Under the pieces are notes generated by a model, which worked only from the letters and a program-made list of their open reading frames with translations, did no database searches and had not been told where the DNA came from. From Tubiluchus corallicola (Eukaryota; Animalia; Priapulida), in NCBI GenBank assembly GCA_030141605.1, contig JAQGDQ010002369.1:744001-808000 (forward strand): a DNA stretch of 64,000 nucleotides, given 5' to 3'. Positions 1 through 9,916 of the stretch are shown in pieces. The position numbers and the translations under genes are program-made. How positions within the stretch are numbered: position 1 is the first letter of the stretch; every line of letters starts with the position of its first letter.

Positions 1-168
1 GATGCCAAAGTCTCTGCTGCCGGTCAGACGAAAGTCGAAGAAAGAGCGGCCGAAACTCCAGCTCCTCAGCCAGAGCTCGTAAAAGAGCAAATGTCGAGTG
101 TTCCTAAACACTTACAAAATCTTTTTGTCGATACAGGAAGCCAATCCTATCAATCGACAACTAGCTGA
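1..168 (+). CDS. 3' end of an unidentified CDS (partial)
   Basis: Frame 1 is open from base 1 (DAKVSAAGQTKVEER...QSTTS) to TGA at 166-168. Confidence 0.55.
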   Translation, partial: DAKVSAAGQTKVEERAAETPAPQPELVKEQMSSVPKHLQNLFVDTGSQSYQSTTS

Positions 169-225
169 GCTATTAGCCAGAACGAACTTTACAATCAAAG
201 GATAATTTCTGAGATAGAAATGATC

Positions 226-1185
226 TTAAACCCCTTGAGGAAGTTCCTTAAGGGGTTTTTTTTTGCCTGCATGCAGCAGGCGGTTTTTTAGCGCTTCTTC
301 TGCTTCTTCGAAATAGACCCAGACTTCTTCCAGGCCTACTTCATCAGCTTTTCTTAGCGATGCATAGAGGGTTTCAGAACTAAGTGGCCAACCGGGAAGG
401 TGGGTATTTTTTCTGGATAAGAGAATTCTCTTTGGATTGGGGTTTTGTACCCATTCTCTCTCCAATTGTTCCCAGTCCTCGAATAGAGTTACTTTTGCAT
501 TGGGGGCGTAATGGCGGTATTTCATACCAGGTGCGAGAACTTGCGTCTGATCGATGATGACCTCCTTGTGAAGGAAATCTTCCAGCGATTGACGGGTAAT
601 GCTTCCCGGGCGGAGTAATCGGTAGGGTTTATGGATGAGACTGATCACCGTGGATTCCAGGCCGTAGGTGCAAGGGTCGCCATCCAGGATCAGGGGGATC
701 TTTTCATTGAGATCATCTAGGACATGTTCGGCCAGTGTGGGGCTTGGTTTTCCAGAAAGGTTTGCAGAAGGAGCTACCAGAGGACCTGATTGTTGAAGAA
801 GTTTTTGTGCAATGAGATGGGACGGGATACGGACAGCAAGTGTAGGAAGGCGGGCAGAGACAATGGGAGGCACACTGTTTCTTCTGTTAAGAATGACAGT
901 AAGAGGTCCGGGAGAAAAATGTTCCATCAACAGGTAGAAATCCTTCGGGATATCGCACGCTGCTTTTTCTACTTCAGATACAGAAGAGAAATGAGCGATC
1001 AAGGGATTGTCAGAAGGCCTCCCCTTTACCTGAAAAATTTTTTGAATCCCCTTCTCATGATAGAGACTTGCCCCAAGTCCATACACGGTCTCTGTGGGGA
1101 AAGCGAGAATTCCTCCTTTTGAGAGGATTTCAGCTGCCTGAAGAAGATCGGACTCTTGAACGGGTGAGGCAATTCGGGTTTTCAT
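226..1185 (-). CDS. sua5: Threonylcarbamoyl-AMP synthase (Sua5/TsaC family, with SUA5 C-terminal domain)
   Basis: Motifs FPTETVYGLG, KGRPSDNPLI, APSANLSGKPSPT, GLESTV and APGMKYRHYAP. Confidence 0.95.
   Translation of the reverse strand: MKTRIASPVQESDLLQAAEILSKGGILAFPTETVYGLGASLYHEKGIQKIFQVKGRPSDNPLIAHFSSVSEVEKAACDIPKDFYLLMEHFSPGPLTVILNRRNSVPPIVSARLPTLAVRIPSHLIAQKLLQQSGPLVAPSANLSGKPSPTLAEHVLDDLNEKIPLILDGDPCTYGLESTVISLIHKPYRLLRPGSITRQSLEDFLHKEVIIDQTQVLAPGMKYRHYAPNAKVTLFEDWEQLEREWVQNPNPKRILLSRKNTHLPGWPLSSETLYASLRKADEVGLEEVWVYFEEAEEALKNRLLHAGKKKPLKELPQGV
228..264 (+). terminator. Intrinsic terminator
   Basis: Hairpin aaaccccttgaggaa/ttccttaaggggttt followed by a long T run, between convergent genes. 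Confidence 0.7.
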
Positions 1186-1226
1186 GCTTCCATTCTACCA
1201 TTATTTCCGATACAAAAGAAAGGCGT

Positions 1227-1927
1227 ATGGAAAAGTCAGTGATTATCATTCCCTGCCTGAAAGACAATTATTCCTATCTTCTTCATGCTAAAGATACGGT
1301 GATTGTGATCGATCCTGCAGAAGAGGAAAAGATTAACGATCGTCTTGAAGAGGATTCTCTCCCTTTAAACTATCTTTTATGTACTCATCATCATACTGAT
1401 CATATGGCTGGGGCCTTTGGTTTGAAGAAAAAGATTGGTTGTAAGATGTGGGGCCCTGACGAAAGGATTCCAGAGCTCGATCGAGTAGTGAGAGGTGGAG
1501 ACAAATTAAAGATGGGCTCTTTTACCCTGGAGGTGATCGATACGCCTGGTCATACAAAGCGTTTGTTATTATTGGAAGAAAGGAAAAATCCTCTTTACAG
1601 GAGATGTTCTTTTTGGAGGAGGCTGCGGTAGGATCTTTGAAGGAACTCCGGAAGAAATGCTCCGATCTCTAAAAAAAATTGCTAACTTTCCAGATGATAC
1701 AGAAATTTATTGCGGACATGAGTATACTCTGAAAAATCTAAAATTTGCTTTAACGTTACGAAGAAGCGGAAAGATTGAGAAAAATGAATAAATCGACTAT
1801 GCCATCAACCCTGGGCCTAGAAAAGAAAACCAATCCTTTCTTACGTGCCGGTGCATTGAAAGATCGATATCAGCTCTCGGAGGTAGAGACTTTTGCAAAA
1901 ATCAGAAAACTTAGGGATTCCTTTTAG
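1227..1927 (+). CDS. gloB: Hydroxyacylglutathione hydrolase (glyoxalase II), frameshifted
   Basis: LKDNYSY, THHHTDH and TPGHT; continues in other frames with [21 protein letters not shown] and EKKTNPFLR to TAG at 1925-1927. Confidence 0.85.
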
Positions 1928-2420
1928 ATCGCTTTTCGAAGAAAGCCATCGAAGTCAAAAGGAACAAATTGTCGGACTGATACTCTTCGTTTTGGTCCAT
2001 TTTTTCCTTCTGATTCTCAATCATTCCCTGATGGATCATCCTAATCTGAAGTCCTTGGCACAACAACTGCCTTCTGGACTCAATGAATGGGGATTTATTC
2101 CTATCTGGGTATCGATTTATGGGTTCTCTATTTTAGGTATATGGAGTCTTTGGAGAAAATATTCCCTTAGAGTTTTAAAGCTGGAGATCTCCTTATTATT
2201 GGCGAGCCTGTTTCTGAATTTTTCATGGTATCTCCTCTTCTTTACCTTTAATGAATCGTTCCTTGCTTTGGTCGATTTGCTCTTATTGAGTTGCTCCTTG
2301 CTACTCACTATTATGGTTTTTTGGAAGAAAGAAGTCCTCTCAGCAGTTCTTTTTCTCCCCTTTCTGCTCTGGATACTTTTCATGGGGAGTTTGAATATGC
2401 TTATGTGCATGTCTACATAA
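1893..2420 (+). CDS. TspO/MBR family membrane protein
   Basis: About 5 TM helices with the Trp pattern F.PIW..IY, LN.SW..LFF, ALVD and LP...W; start codon uncertain. Confidence 0.7.
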   Translation: MQKSENLGIPFRSLFEESHRSQKEQIVGLILFVLVHFFLLILNHSLMDHPNLKSLAQQLPSGLNEWGFIPIWVSIYGFSILGIWSLWRKYSLRVLKLEISLLLASLFLNFSWYLLFFTFNESFLALVDLLLLSCSLLLTIMVFWKKEVLSAVLFLPFLLWILFMGSLNMLMCMST

Positions 2421-2431
2421 AAGGAAGAATA

Positions 2432-2776
2432 ATGAGAACATCAGCTGCATCTTACATAGCTTTTATTTATGGAATTATCGTCATCATGCTGGGATACATG
2501 GGATGGCGGAATGTAGGCAGTATTCCTTCTTTTGTGATGGGAGGAGGGGTCGGCCTTCTAACATTGATCGGCTCCCTTTTTATGATCCAGGGAAAAAAAT
2601 GGGCTGATTGGGCTACTATGGTCTTTGTTGCTATTCTAATGATCGCATTTGCCGTACGCTTCTATATGACTCATAGTTTCATGCCTGCCGTGATGGGCCT
2701 TTTCAGTGCTCTATTAATCGTTTTGATTCTCATGAAGGCCCTTAAAGAAAGAATTCACAGAATAAAACGTTATTAA
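2432..2776 (+). CDS. TMEM14 family membrane protein
   Basis: YGII...GYMGW..GSIPSF.GG pattern and a later RF...FMPA motif; 4 TM helices. Confidence 0.8.
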   Translation: MRTSAASYIAFIYGIIVIMLGYMGWRNVGSIPSFVMGGGVGLLTLIGSLFMIQGKKWADWATMVFVAILMIAFAVRFYMTHSFMPAVMGLFSALLIVLILMKALKERIHRIKRY

Positions 2777-3488
2777 GGAACAAAGCGTTCTTTCAGTGAA
2801 GCTTCATATCTTTGATTCACTTCATCCCAGTCGATATTGTTGAAAAATACATCGATGTATTTGGCCCGATTGAGTCCATACTGGGTGATATAGGCGTGTT
2901 CCCAAACATCCAGGACCAAAAGAGGACTTCCTCCTGCCAGATGGCCTACATCATGTTCGTTGATCCAGGTATTGACCAGTCTTCCATCTTTGGGATCCCG
3001 ATAAAGAAAATGACCCATCCAATTCCGCGCATGGTCCCTGTATCGATAAAGTCCTGTTTCCAAGTTTCAAATCCTCCATACTGATCGGAAAGAGTTTTGT
3101 AGAGCTCAGATTGAGGGTTCAATGGTTTTGATCCGCCGAGATTGCTGAAGTAAAATTCATGGAGTCTCATCCCGTCGAATTCCCATCCGAGTCTTCTTTT
3201 CAAAGCTCCGAATTCATAGGACTTTCCCCTTCCGTCATCTGCCATACGGCTCAGTTCGCTCAATAGGTAGTTGGTGTTCTTCACATAACCCTGATAGAGG
3301 ACAAAGTGCATCTTTAGCAATTTTTCTCCAAAGCCGGGCATTCCGATCAAGTGAGAGAAATCTTTTGCCTTATAAGGTGTCGGTGATTTTCGTTGGTTGA
3401 GGACCTGATTGGCTTGTATATGATCGACAGAATGAACAGAGGAAAGAGAAGAGAAAGCTAATGCGAGAGTGAAGAACCACTTATTCAT
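2773..3488 (-). CDS. Fe/Mn superoxide dismutase with N-terminal signal peptide, frameshifted near 3010
   Basis: HF.LYQGYVKNTN, LHEFYF, G.GW and LDVWEHAY across two frames. Confidence 0.9.
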
Positions 3489-3622
3489 AATGAACTCCTA
3501 ACGAATTAAGTAAACACACTAAGGAAGAGCAGTCTTTTTTTCAATTCCTAGAAAGGGACGTTGGCAGAAAACAGTCCAGTGGGGTAATTTGAGCACTTTT
3601 TTAATATTGATCCGAGGCCAAC

Positions 3623-5886
3623 ATGCGTTATCTCTTTCTACTATTTATCAGTGTGTTTTCATCTCTCTTTGCAAGCATTGTTGAGGAGAAATTTCTTTCT
3701 GAATCGAACCGAAAACTCATTTATCCCGAAGAGAACATTCCGATCATTGAGACTGATAATCTTTGTAAGCTGGGAGAATTAACAGCTCTTCGTTTCATAG
3801 AATGGGTCATTGAAAATCCCGAAGGGGTCATAGCTCTTCCTACAGGAAAAACTCCCGAGCTTTTCATCCGTTACCTTCAGTATTACAAACGTCACTGGAA
3901 CGAGCCAAATGTCCAGAAGGTGCTGAAAGAGTACAATATTGAGGGAAATGCATTTCCTGATACGAGTGGCTTGAAATTCGTACAGCTCGATGAATTCTAT
4001 CCTCTGAATCCCTATCATGATCACAGTTTTACGACCTATGTGAAAAAGTACTACATCGATTTCTTTGGAATATCCGAAGAGAATGCCCAGACGATGGAAG
4101 GACTTTACGGTCCGACTCTTCAAGAACACGGGATAAATGCTGTATTTCCAGGGGGGAATTATAACGATGAGACAGAGCTTCAACAACAGGCCATAGCAGA
4201 ATCAGAACAATTCTTCTCCGTGATTATGAAAAGAAAGTCCGTGAATGGGGAGGCATCGGTTTCTTTCTTGGTGGAATTGGTCCTGATGGACATGTGGCCT
4301 TCAATCAGAGACGCTCTACCCATTCATGCACGACCCGTTTGGTTCCATTGAGATATGAAATCGCAGCTGCCAGTGCTCAAGACCTTGGAGGTATCGAGCA
4401 TTCACGGGGAAAATTGGCTGCCACCGTTGGCCTGGGGACCATTTGCTTCAAGTCGGATGCACTCATTATTATCTTTGCAGCGGGAGAACAAAAAGCAAAC
4501 GCTGTGGCGCTTGCTGTAGAATCATCACCTTCTCTTGAATATCCTGCTACGGCATTTCAAAAGATGGAAAATGTCCGGTTCTATCTTACGAAAAATGCTG
4601 CCAAGGACCTGAAGATGAGGAAAATGCTGGATTACATGGGAAGATCATTTTTTGAAGTCCCTTTCCCATTTTTTGAGAATGCTTTTTGCGAGATTGCACT
4701 GAAGTTAAAAAAACCTCTTTTTGCCCTCAAGGCAGAAGATCTAAAAGAAACGCCGAGTGGAGAGTTCATTCTGAAGTCCTTTCCTTCAAAATTCCTTCGG
4801 ATCAAATATAAGGTCCATAGGTCCTTACGAAATAAGATTCGTACAGCTTTGTCTTCCTTTGAAGACAAAACTATACTTCATACTGAGCCTCATCATGATG
4901 ATATCCTCCTTTCCTACCATCCATTAGCTAGGTCTTTGATCGAACAAAACAGGAATTATTTTTGTTGTTTGACAAGTGGATTCAATTCTGTGAGTAACGA
5001 TTTTATGAAAGACCGGCTGCAAAAGATGTTGGACAATAAGACGGCCGTTTCTTCTTTCTTCAATGAGGAGTATCCCGATTTGTTGAATGGAAAAGAAGAA
5101 ATGATCATCGCAAAAAAAATCTCAGTAGAGTACGGCATCGACAATGAAAAGGATTTTTGGGAAGAAGTTCAGAAGTTAAAGACCTATTTTGAAGGAGCTA
5201 CTCCAGGAATGAAAGATCCCAAGATCGTACAAGTCCTAAAGGGAAGTGTCCGTGAATCGGAAGAAGACAGGGTTTGGAATACCGATGGGGTTCATGTCTC
5301 ACAGATCTTCCATATGCGGTCCCACTTTTATACCGCAGATCTTTTCTCTCCCTCTCCTACGATTGAATATGATGCCGAGCCAATGAAAGAACTCATTAAC
5401 GAGCTGAATCCACATATTCTTTCGGTCGCCTTCGATCCAGAGGGAACTGGGCCAAGCACCCACTATAAAGTACTCCAAGTAGTAACAGAAGCCCTCAGAA
5501 TAGGAGATCTACGGAAGAATCTGTCTATTTGGGCTTACCGGAATGTGTGGGACCGGTTTTCCTATGGGGAGGCCAACTTCTTCTATCCTGTGTCTTCTGA
5601 GGAGCTGGACTCTCTTCATCAGACTTTTATGAACTGTTATTCAACACAGAAAAAGGCTTCTTTCCCCAGCTTTATGCACGATGGACCCTTTTCCGAGCTT
5701 TCCATCAGGATCCAGAAAGACCAGGCAGAAGAATTGAAAATTCTTTTAGGAGAACGCTTTTTTAAAAATCATCCCGATCCAATAGTTCGAAATGCCAAAG
5801 GTTTTGTTTTGCTCAGGACGATGGGCGTCAAAGAATTTGTGGAACAGTCAGAGAGTCTGAGAAGGAAGATAGAATTAGAGAGGTGA
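3623..5886 (+). CDS. nagB: Glucosamine-6-phosphate deaminase fused to a PIG-L/LmbE-like domain, frameshifted near 4220
   Basis: ALPTGKTPE, QLDEFYP and GGIGPDGHVAFN (second frame); C-terminal HTEPHHDD and DPEG.GP.THYKVLQ motifs. Confidence 0.85.
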
Positions 5887-6696
5887 GAACTGGAAAGGAT
5901 ATTTGGCTTTTTCTTTGAGATGATCTAGAAGATCTGGAATAGTCGGATATCCTTTTTCTTCGAGTTGCAGCTCAGGTATGTCATGATAAATCATCCAACG
6001 CCCCTCTTTTTCGAGGATTAAAAAGTCAGTGAATTTATCATTCTCTTCCACGAGTGTCAGTACATAGCAATGAAGAGGCTTGTTTTCTTCTTCGGAGAGC
6101 CTTTTTTCAATAGCATCTGTTGTGGCGTCCCCTTTCCGAAAAAGAAAGGTACCGGGAGGTTTTCCTCTTAATAGTACTTCAGCATCCTGCCGCGAGATAT
6201 GCCCCATCCAGGCTTCACTCTCTTCGATCGGGCCTTTATGTTCTTCATGGAGAGAGGATAGATCGTCGAGCACAGCATGCTCCAACCGTCCGCTTCGGGG
6301 ACGTTTTTTTATTTCTTCTCCTTTTTGGTTGAGAACCTGAAGAGTTTCATGAGCCACTCTTTTGGCCAGGGGCTCCAGATCTTCTTCTTTGAGATCGTTG
6401 TCATCTTCCTCTTTCATAGAGAAAGACTGTTTTTTCTCTTCTTCCCTTTCATCGACAGTCAGGCGGACTATTTTCCAGTCTTCTTCATCAAATCCCTCTT
6501 CTTTCAATCGACGGTAAACTTCGTCCAGTTCTTTGAAGTATTTAATGAAACGAATATCTCCCGTCTTTTTATTGATGATCGCCTGATAAACGGCGGTATC
6601 ATGCCGGGTAACGTCGTCAGGAGTTGATTCTTTCCTTGTGACTCTTTGGAAGTCGTTGAGATTTCTTAAGACTTTTCCTGTGATGAATAGGCTCAT
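5875..6696 (-). CDS. Protein with C-terminal SH2-like domain
   Basis: WMGHISRQDAEVLL..GTFLFR..YVLTL..YPTIPDLLDHL matches the SH2 consensus; gagg SD upstream. Confidence 0.75.
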   Translation of the reverse strand: MSLFITGKVLRNLNDFQRVTRKESTPDDVTRHDTAVYQAIINKKTGDIRFIKYFKELDEVYRRLKEEGFDEEDWKIVRLTVDEREEEKKQSFSMKEEDDNDLKEEDLEPLAKRVAHETLQVLNQKGEEIKKRPRSGRLEHAVLDDLSSLHEEHKGPIEESEAWMGHISRQDAEVLLRGKPPGTFLFRKGDATTDAIEKRLSEEENKPLHCYVLTLVEENDKFTDFLILEKEGRWMIYHDIPELQLEEKGYPTIPDLLDHLKEKAKYPFQFSPL

Positions 6697-6771
6697 TTAT
6701 AGCCTCCTCTCAAATTCCATTGTAGGGATCAGGAGTTATTCATCAACACGAACCTATTCAGAACAGGTTCA

Positions 6772-7644
6772 TTAACGATTGGATTTCAGTTTTTGGACCC
6801 ATTCATCATATCGGGCCAGATCAGCTCTTGCACTGAGGCCAAGTGCGATTTCATGTGCCTTTTCTCCAGCCTGAAGGGCAAGTCCCTTCTCCTTTTTTTT
6901 ATGATAGGTTTGGGAGAGGAGAAAATAGTAGTGCATTTTCAGTCTTTTCTGAGTGATTTTAGCTCCAAGCGGAAGCAAAACCTCGAGGGCCTTATTCGCC
7001 TCATCTTTCAAATAGTGGACTTTAGCCAGGCGAAGCTGGATTCGGAGAGGATACTGGGAGTGTTCATCAGATTGAAAGAGAGTGAGCGCTCCCTTGAGAA
7101 GATCAGCCGCTTTGTTTAAATCCGGTTCTGGTTTTTCCATATGGGTAGCGGCCAAGTTATAGAGGACTTTTCCCTGAAGGGCGGGAACCTGGAGTTTGTT
7201 GTCAGACAAGATCTGTTGCGCTATGCTTCCAAAACTGATGGCTGCATTGTACTCCTTCAAACCACGGGATGCTGCCGACAAAAGATAAAGAGATACAATT
7301 TGTCCTTCTTTTTGGTTCTGTGAAGAGAAAATTTCATAGGCATCCAGGGCTTTTTGTCTGCAAATCACAAAATCTCCCCGATAGAAGTAGGTAGAGGCAA
7401 CTTGATTGGAAATGTGTGCTAGGTCAATGGGCTTTTTCTGCTCTTTGCAATATTCAATGGCTTTTTCTGCAAAATGGATATGCTCGTCCCAATCCCCTTC
7501 ACGCTTCAACTCGCCTCCTTTCTGGAGGAGAAGTTCCGTTAATTGTTCCATCTTCTCATTTTTAAGGCAGCTCTCTATGTCTTGCAACAGAGGTGCTGTC
7601 CAGAGAGAGGCGCTAAAAATAAATGAAAGAATAAAGGTTTTCAT
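6772..7644 (-). CDS. TPR-like repeat protein with signal peptide
   Basis: Repeated helical units (A..YF.RGD...A..A) and a hydrophobic N-terminus. Confidence 0.7.
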   Translation of the reverse strand: MKTFILSFIFSASLWTAPLLQDIESCLKNEKMEQLTELLLQKGGELKREGDWDEHIHFAEKAIEYCKEQKKPIDLAHISNQVASTYFYRGDFVICRQKALDAYEIFSSQNQKEGQIVSLYLLSAASRGLKEYNAAISFGSIAQQILSDNKLQVPALQGKVLYNLAATHMEKPEPDLNKAADLLKGALTLFQSDEHSQYPLRIQLRLAKVHYLKDEANKALEVLLPLGAKITQKRLKMHYYFLLSQTYHKKKEKGLALQAGEKAHEIALGLSARADLARYDEWVQKLKSNR

Positions 7645-8258
7645 GACACTCCTTCGATACCTTCGTAAGATTGAATGGATTCATTTTTCCCATCACACTG
7701 GATATGGATCAGAGCTGAATTGTGGATATATATCCCAAATTCATCAAGATTTTTTATCTCTGAAAACAGAGTTTTCATCACCCAGCCATGGGTTACGATG
7801 AGCACTTCTGCCCCAGAATGAGCATTCGAAATTTTCCGGAGACATGGAAGGATCCGTTTAAGGATTTGCTTGGCTGATTCATAGTTTTCATGAAATTGAA
7901 AACACTTTCGATCCTTTCTCTCCATGGAATGAAGTTTTTCAAGGTCTTTAGCATAAGTTCGTTTGAATTCCTCGACAGTCATTCCTTCCAGAGGGCCATA
8001 TTGTCCCTCCCTAAGGTCTTTTTCAACCTGTACTGGAAGAGCAAAAACTTCTGACAGGATTTCTGCACTCTGCATTGCCCGAAGTAGAGGAGATGAGAAA
8101 ATCGCTGAAAAAGATTTTTTTTTGAGCTTGGGAATCCAATCCTGAATCTGCTGCACTCCAAGATCGCTTAATGGAACGTCTGTAGAGCCCTGTATTCGCA
8201 TTTCTGCGTTCCATTGAGTTTGACAACCATGCCTAATGAGATGAAGATTGCAAAACAT
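7641..8258 (-). CDS. Histidine phosphatase (phosphoglycerate mutase family)
   Basis: LIRHG, SSPLLRA, LRE..YG..EG and VTHG motifs. Confidence 0.92.
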   Translation of the reverse strand: MFCNLHLIRHGCQTQWNAEMRIQGSTDVPLSDLGVQQIQDWIPKLKKKSFSAIFSSPLLRAMQSAEILSEVFALPVQVEKDLREGQYGPLEGMTVEEFKRTYAKDLEKLHSMERKDRKCFQFHENYESAKQILKRILPCLRKISNAHSGAEVLIVTHGWVMKTLFSEIKNLDEFGIYIHNSALIHIQCDGKNESIQSYEGIEGVS

Positions 8259-8318
8259 GGCCTTAGAATGCCAATTCAGCGATTGGAAGAAAAGAGGAAA
8301 AAATCTACTTTGTAGTTC

Positions 8319-9626
8319 ATGTGGAGTACATACGGTAGTTTCTTATTATTGGTTCTGACTCTGGTCTTCGTTGTCTGGCGACCTAGGAACCTGAGCATCG
8401 GCTGGTCGTCTATGGCCGGAGGGGCTATTGCTCTTCTGCTGGGGTTTGTTCATCTCTATGATTTGGTCTCGATCATCAGCCTTGTTTGGAATGCCACTCT
8501 TACATTGATTGCCATTTTCATCATCAGCATGGTTTTGCAGGACCTGGGTTTTTTCGATTGGGCAGCCCTCTGGATAGTGAAGCTGTCGAGGGGAAACGGA
8601 AATGTCTATTTCCTCTATGTCGTCCTTCTAGGGGCATTGATCTCTGCCTTTTTCACCAATGACGGGACAGCTCTGATTCTCACACCGATTATTTTGGCGA
8701 AAATGAGGCTGATGAAATTCGATGAGAGGTGGATACTCCCCCTCGTCATGGCGGCAGGATTTATTGCCGACACGACTTCCTTGCCTCTAGTCACAAGCAA
8801 TCTTGTCAATATCCTCTCTGCTGACTTTTTTGAGATCGGTTACGCTGCTTATGCTGCGAAAATGATTTTGCCGAATATTGTCTCTCTTATCGTAAGCTTT
8901 CTTCTGCTCTTTTTCCTCTATCGAAGATCGATCCCAAAAACCTTTTCCCTTGAAGGGATGGCGGAGCCTTCAGAGCAGATACAGGATCCTTTTCTTTTCC
9001 GTTGTTCCTGGATCCTTCTTTTCTTGCTGTTTGCGTTCTGTTTCGTCAATCAGTTCCTGTTAATTCCCCTGTCCGTGATCTTTTGGATCTGCGCACTCAT
9101 TTTTCTGGGGCTTTCAAAAGTCAGAGATCGAGTTCATGTCACCCATGTCTTAAGGGAAGCTCCCTGGGAGATTGTCTTTTTTTCATTAGGAATGTACGTA
9201 GTCGTCTATGGCATACACAATTCCCTCGGATTCTCCTGGATAGAGGATGGTCTTCTCTTTCTGTCTGAAAGCGGACTATATGCATCCATTGTTGGGATGG
9301 GCTTCATGTCGGCGATTCTCTCATCGATTTTCAACAACCTTCCGGCCATGATGCTCAATCTTTTGGCGATCGACGGTCTGTCGATTCAGGAGACGATTCG
9401 CCAAGGATTGATTTATGCAAATATTATCGGGTGCGATATTGGACCAAAAATGACGCCGATCGGTTCCCTTTCCACTCTGTTGTGGCTTTATCTTCTAAGA
9501 AAAAGGGATATACACATCAGCTGGGGATACTACTGCAAAGTAGGCATCCTCCTTACTATACCGACGCTTTTTCTAACCCTGCTGTTTTTCTGGTTTCAAA
9601 CCTATGTGAACCTATCGAGTGGTTAG
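8319..9626 (+). CDS. arsB: Arsenite efflux permease ArsB family
   Basis: FTNDG.ALILTPI, GFIADT.SLP..SNLVNI and DIGPK.TPIGSL.TLLW motifs. Confidence 0.9.
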   Translation: MWSTYGSFLLLVLTLVFVVWRPRNLSIGWSSMAGGAIALLLGFVHLYDLVSIISLVWNATLTLIAIFIISMVLQDLGFFDWAALWIVKLSRGNGNVYFLYVVLLGALISAFFTNDGTALILTPIILAKMRLMKFDERWILPLVMAAGFIADTTSLPLVTSNLVNILSADFFEIGYAAYAAKMILPNIVSLIVSFLLLFFLYRRSIPKTFSLEGMAEPSEQIQDPFLFRCSWILLFLLFAFCFVNQFLLIPLSVIFWICALIFLGLSKVRDRVHVTHVLREAPWEIVFFSLGMYVVVYGIHNSLGFSWIEDGLLFLSESGLYASIVGMGFMSAILSSIFNNLPAMMLNLLAIDGLSIQETIRQGLIYANIIGCDIGPKMTPIGSLSTLLWLYLLRKRDIHISWGYYCKVGILLTIPTLFLTLLFFWFQTYVNLSSG

Positions 9627-9796
9627 TGGAGGTAATGGGGGCTTCTATTTCTTGCTCCAATGACGGCATCTCCGTGATCATCGAGCATGTAATTTTCCAA
9701 GAGGAAAGCTTCGATATCGATATCCTTCATTTTTCTGGGAGTTTTTCGGCCCCTCTTTTGTATTTTTTTAGGGGCAGTTTTTTTCATCTTTTTCAT
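9623..9796 (-). CDS. Small hypothetical protein (57 aa), absent from the ORF track
   Basis: MKKMKKTAPKKIQKRGRKTPRKMKDIDIEAFLLENYMLDDHGDAVIGARNRSPHYLH; strong SD GGAGGT 5 nt before the ATG. Confidence 0.6.
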   Translation of the reverse strand: MKKMKKTAPKKIQKRGRKTPRKMKDIDIEAFLLENYMLDDHGDAVIGARNRSPHYLH

Positions 9797-9916
9797 GATC
9801 CACCTCCATGGGAAATACTTTCTTTGGTTTCCCGCTTCAAGGTATAACTCCGAAATAGAATCAGTTTCAAGAAAAGTTTTATTTCTCTATAAGGAACCAT
9901 TTCTGAGAGTTGCACT

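Noticed and set aside
8319-9626. Arsenic resistance operon
   Set aside because: Only arsB is present; no arsR or arsC nearby.
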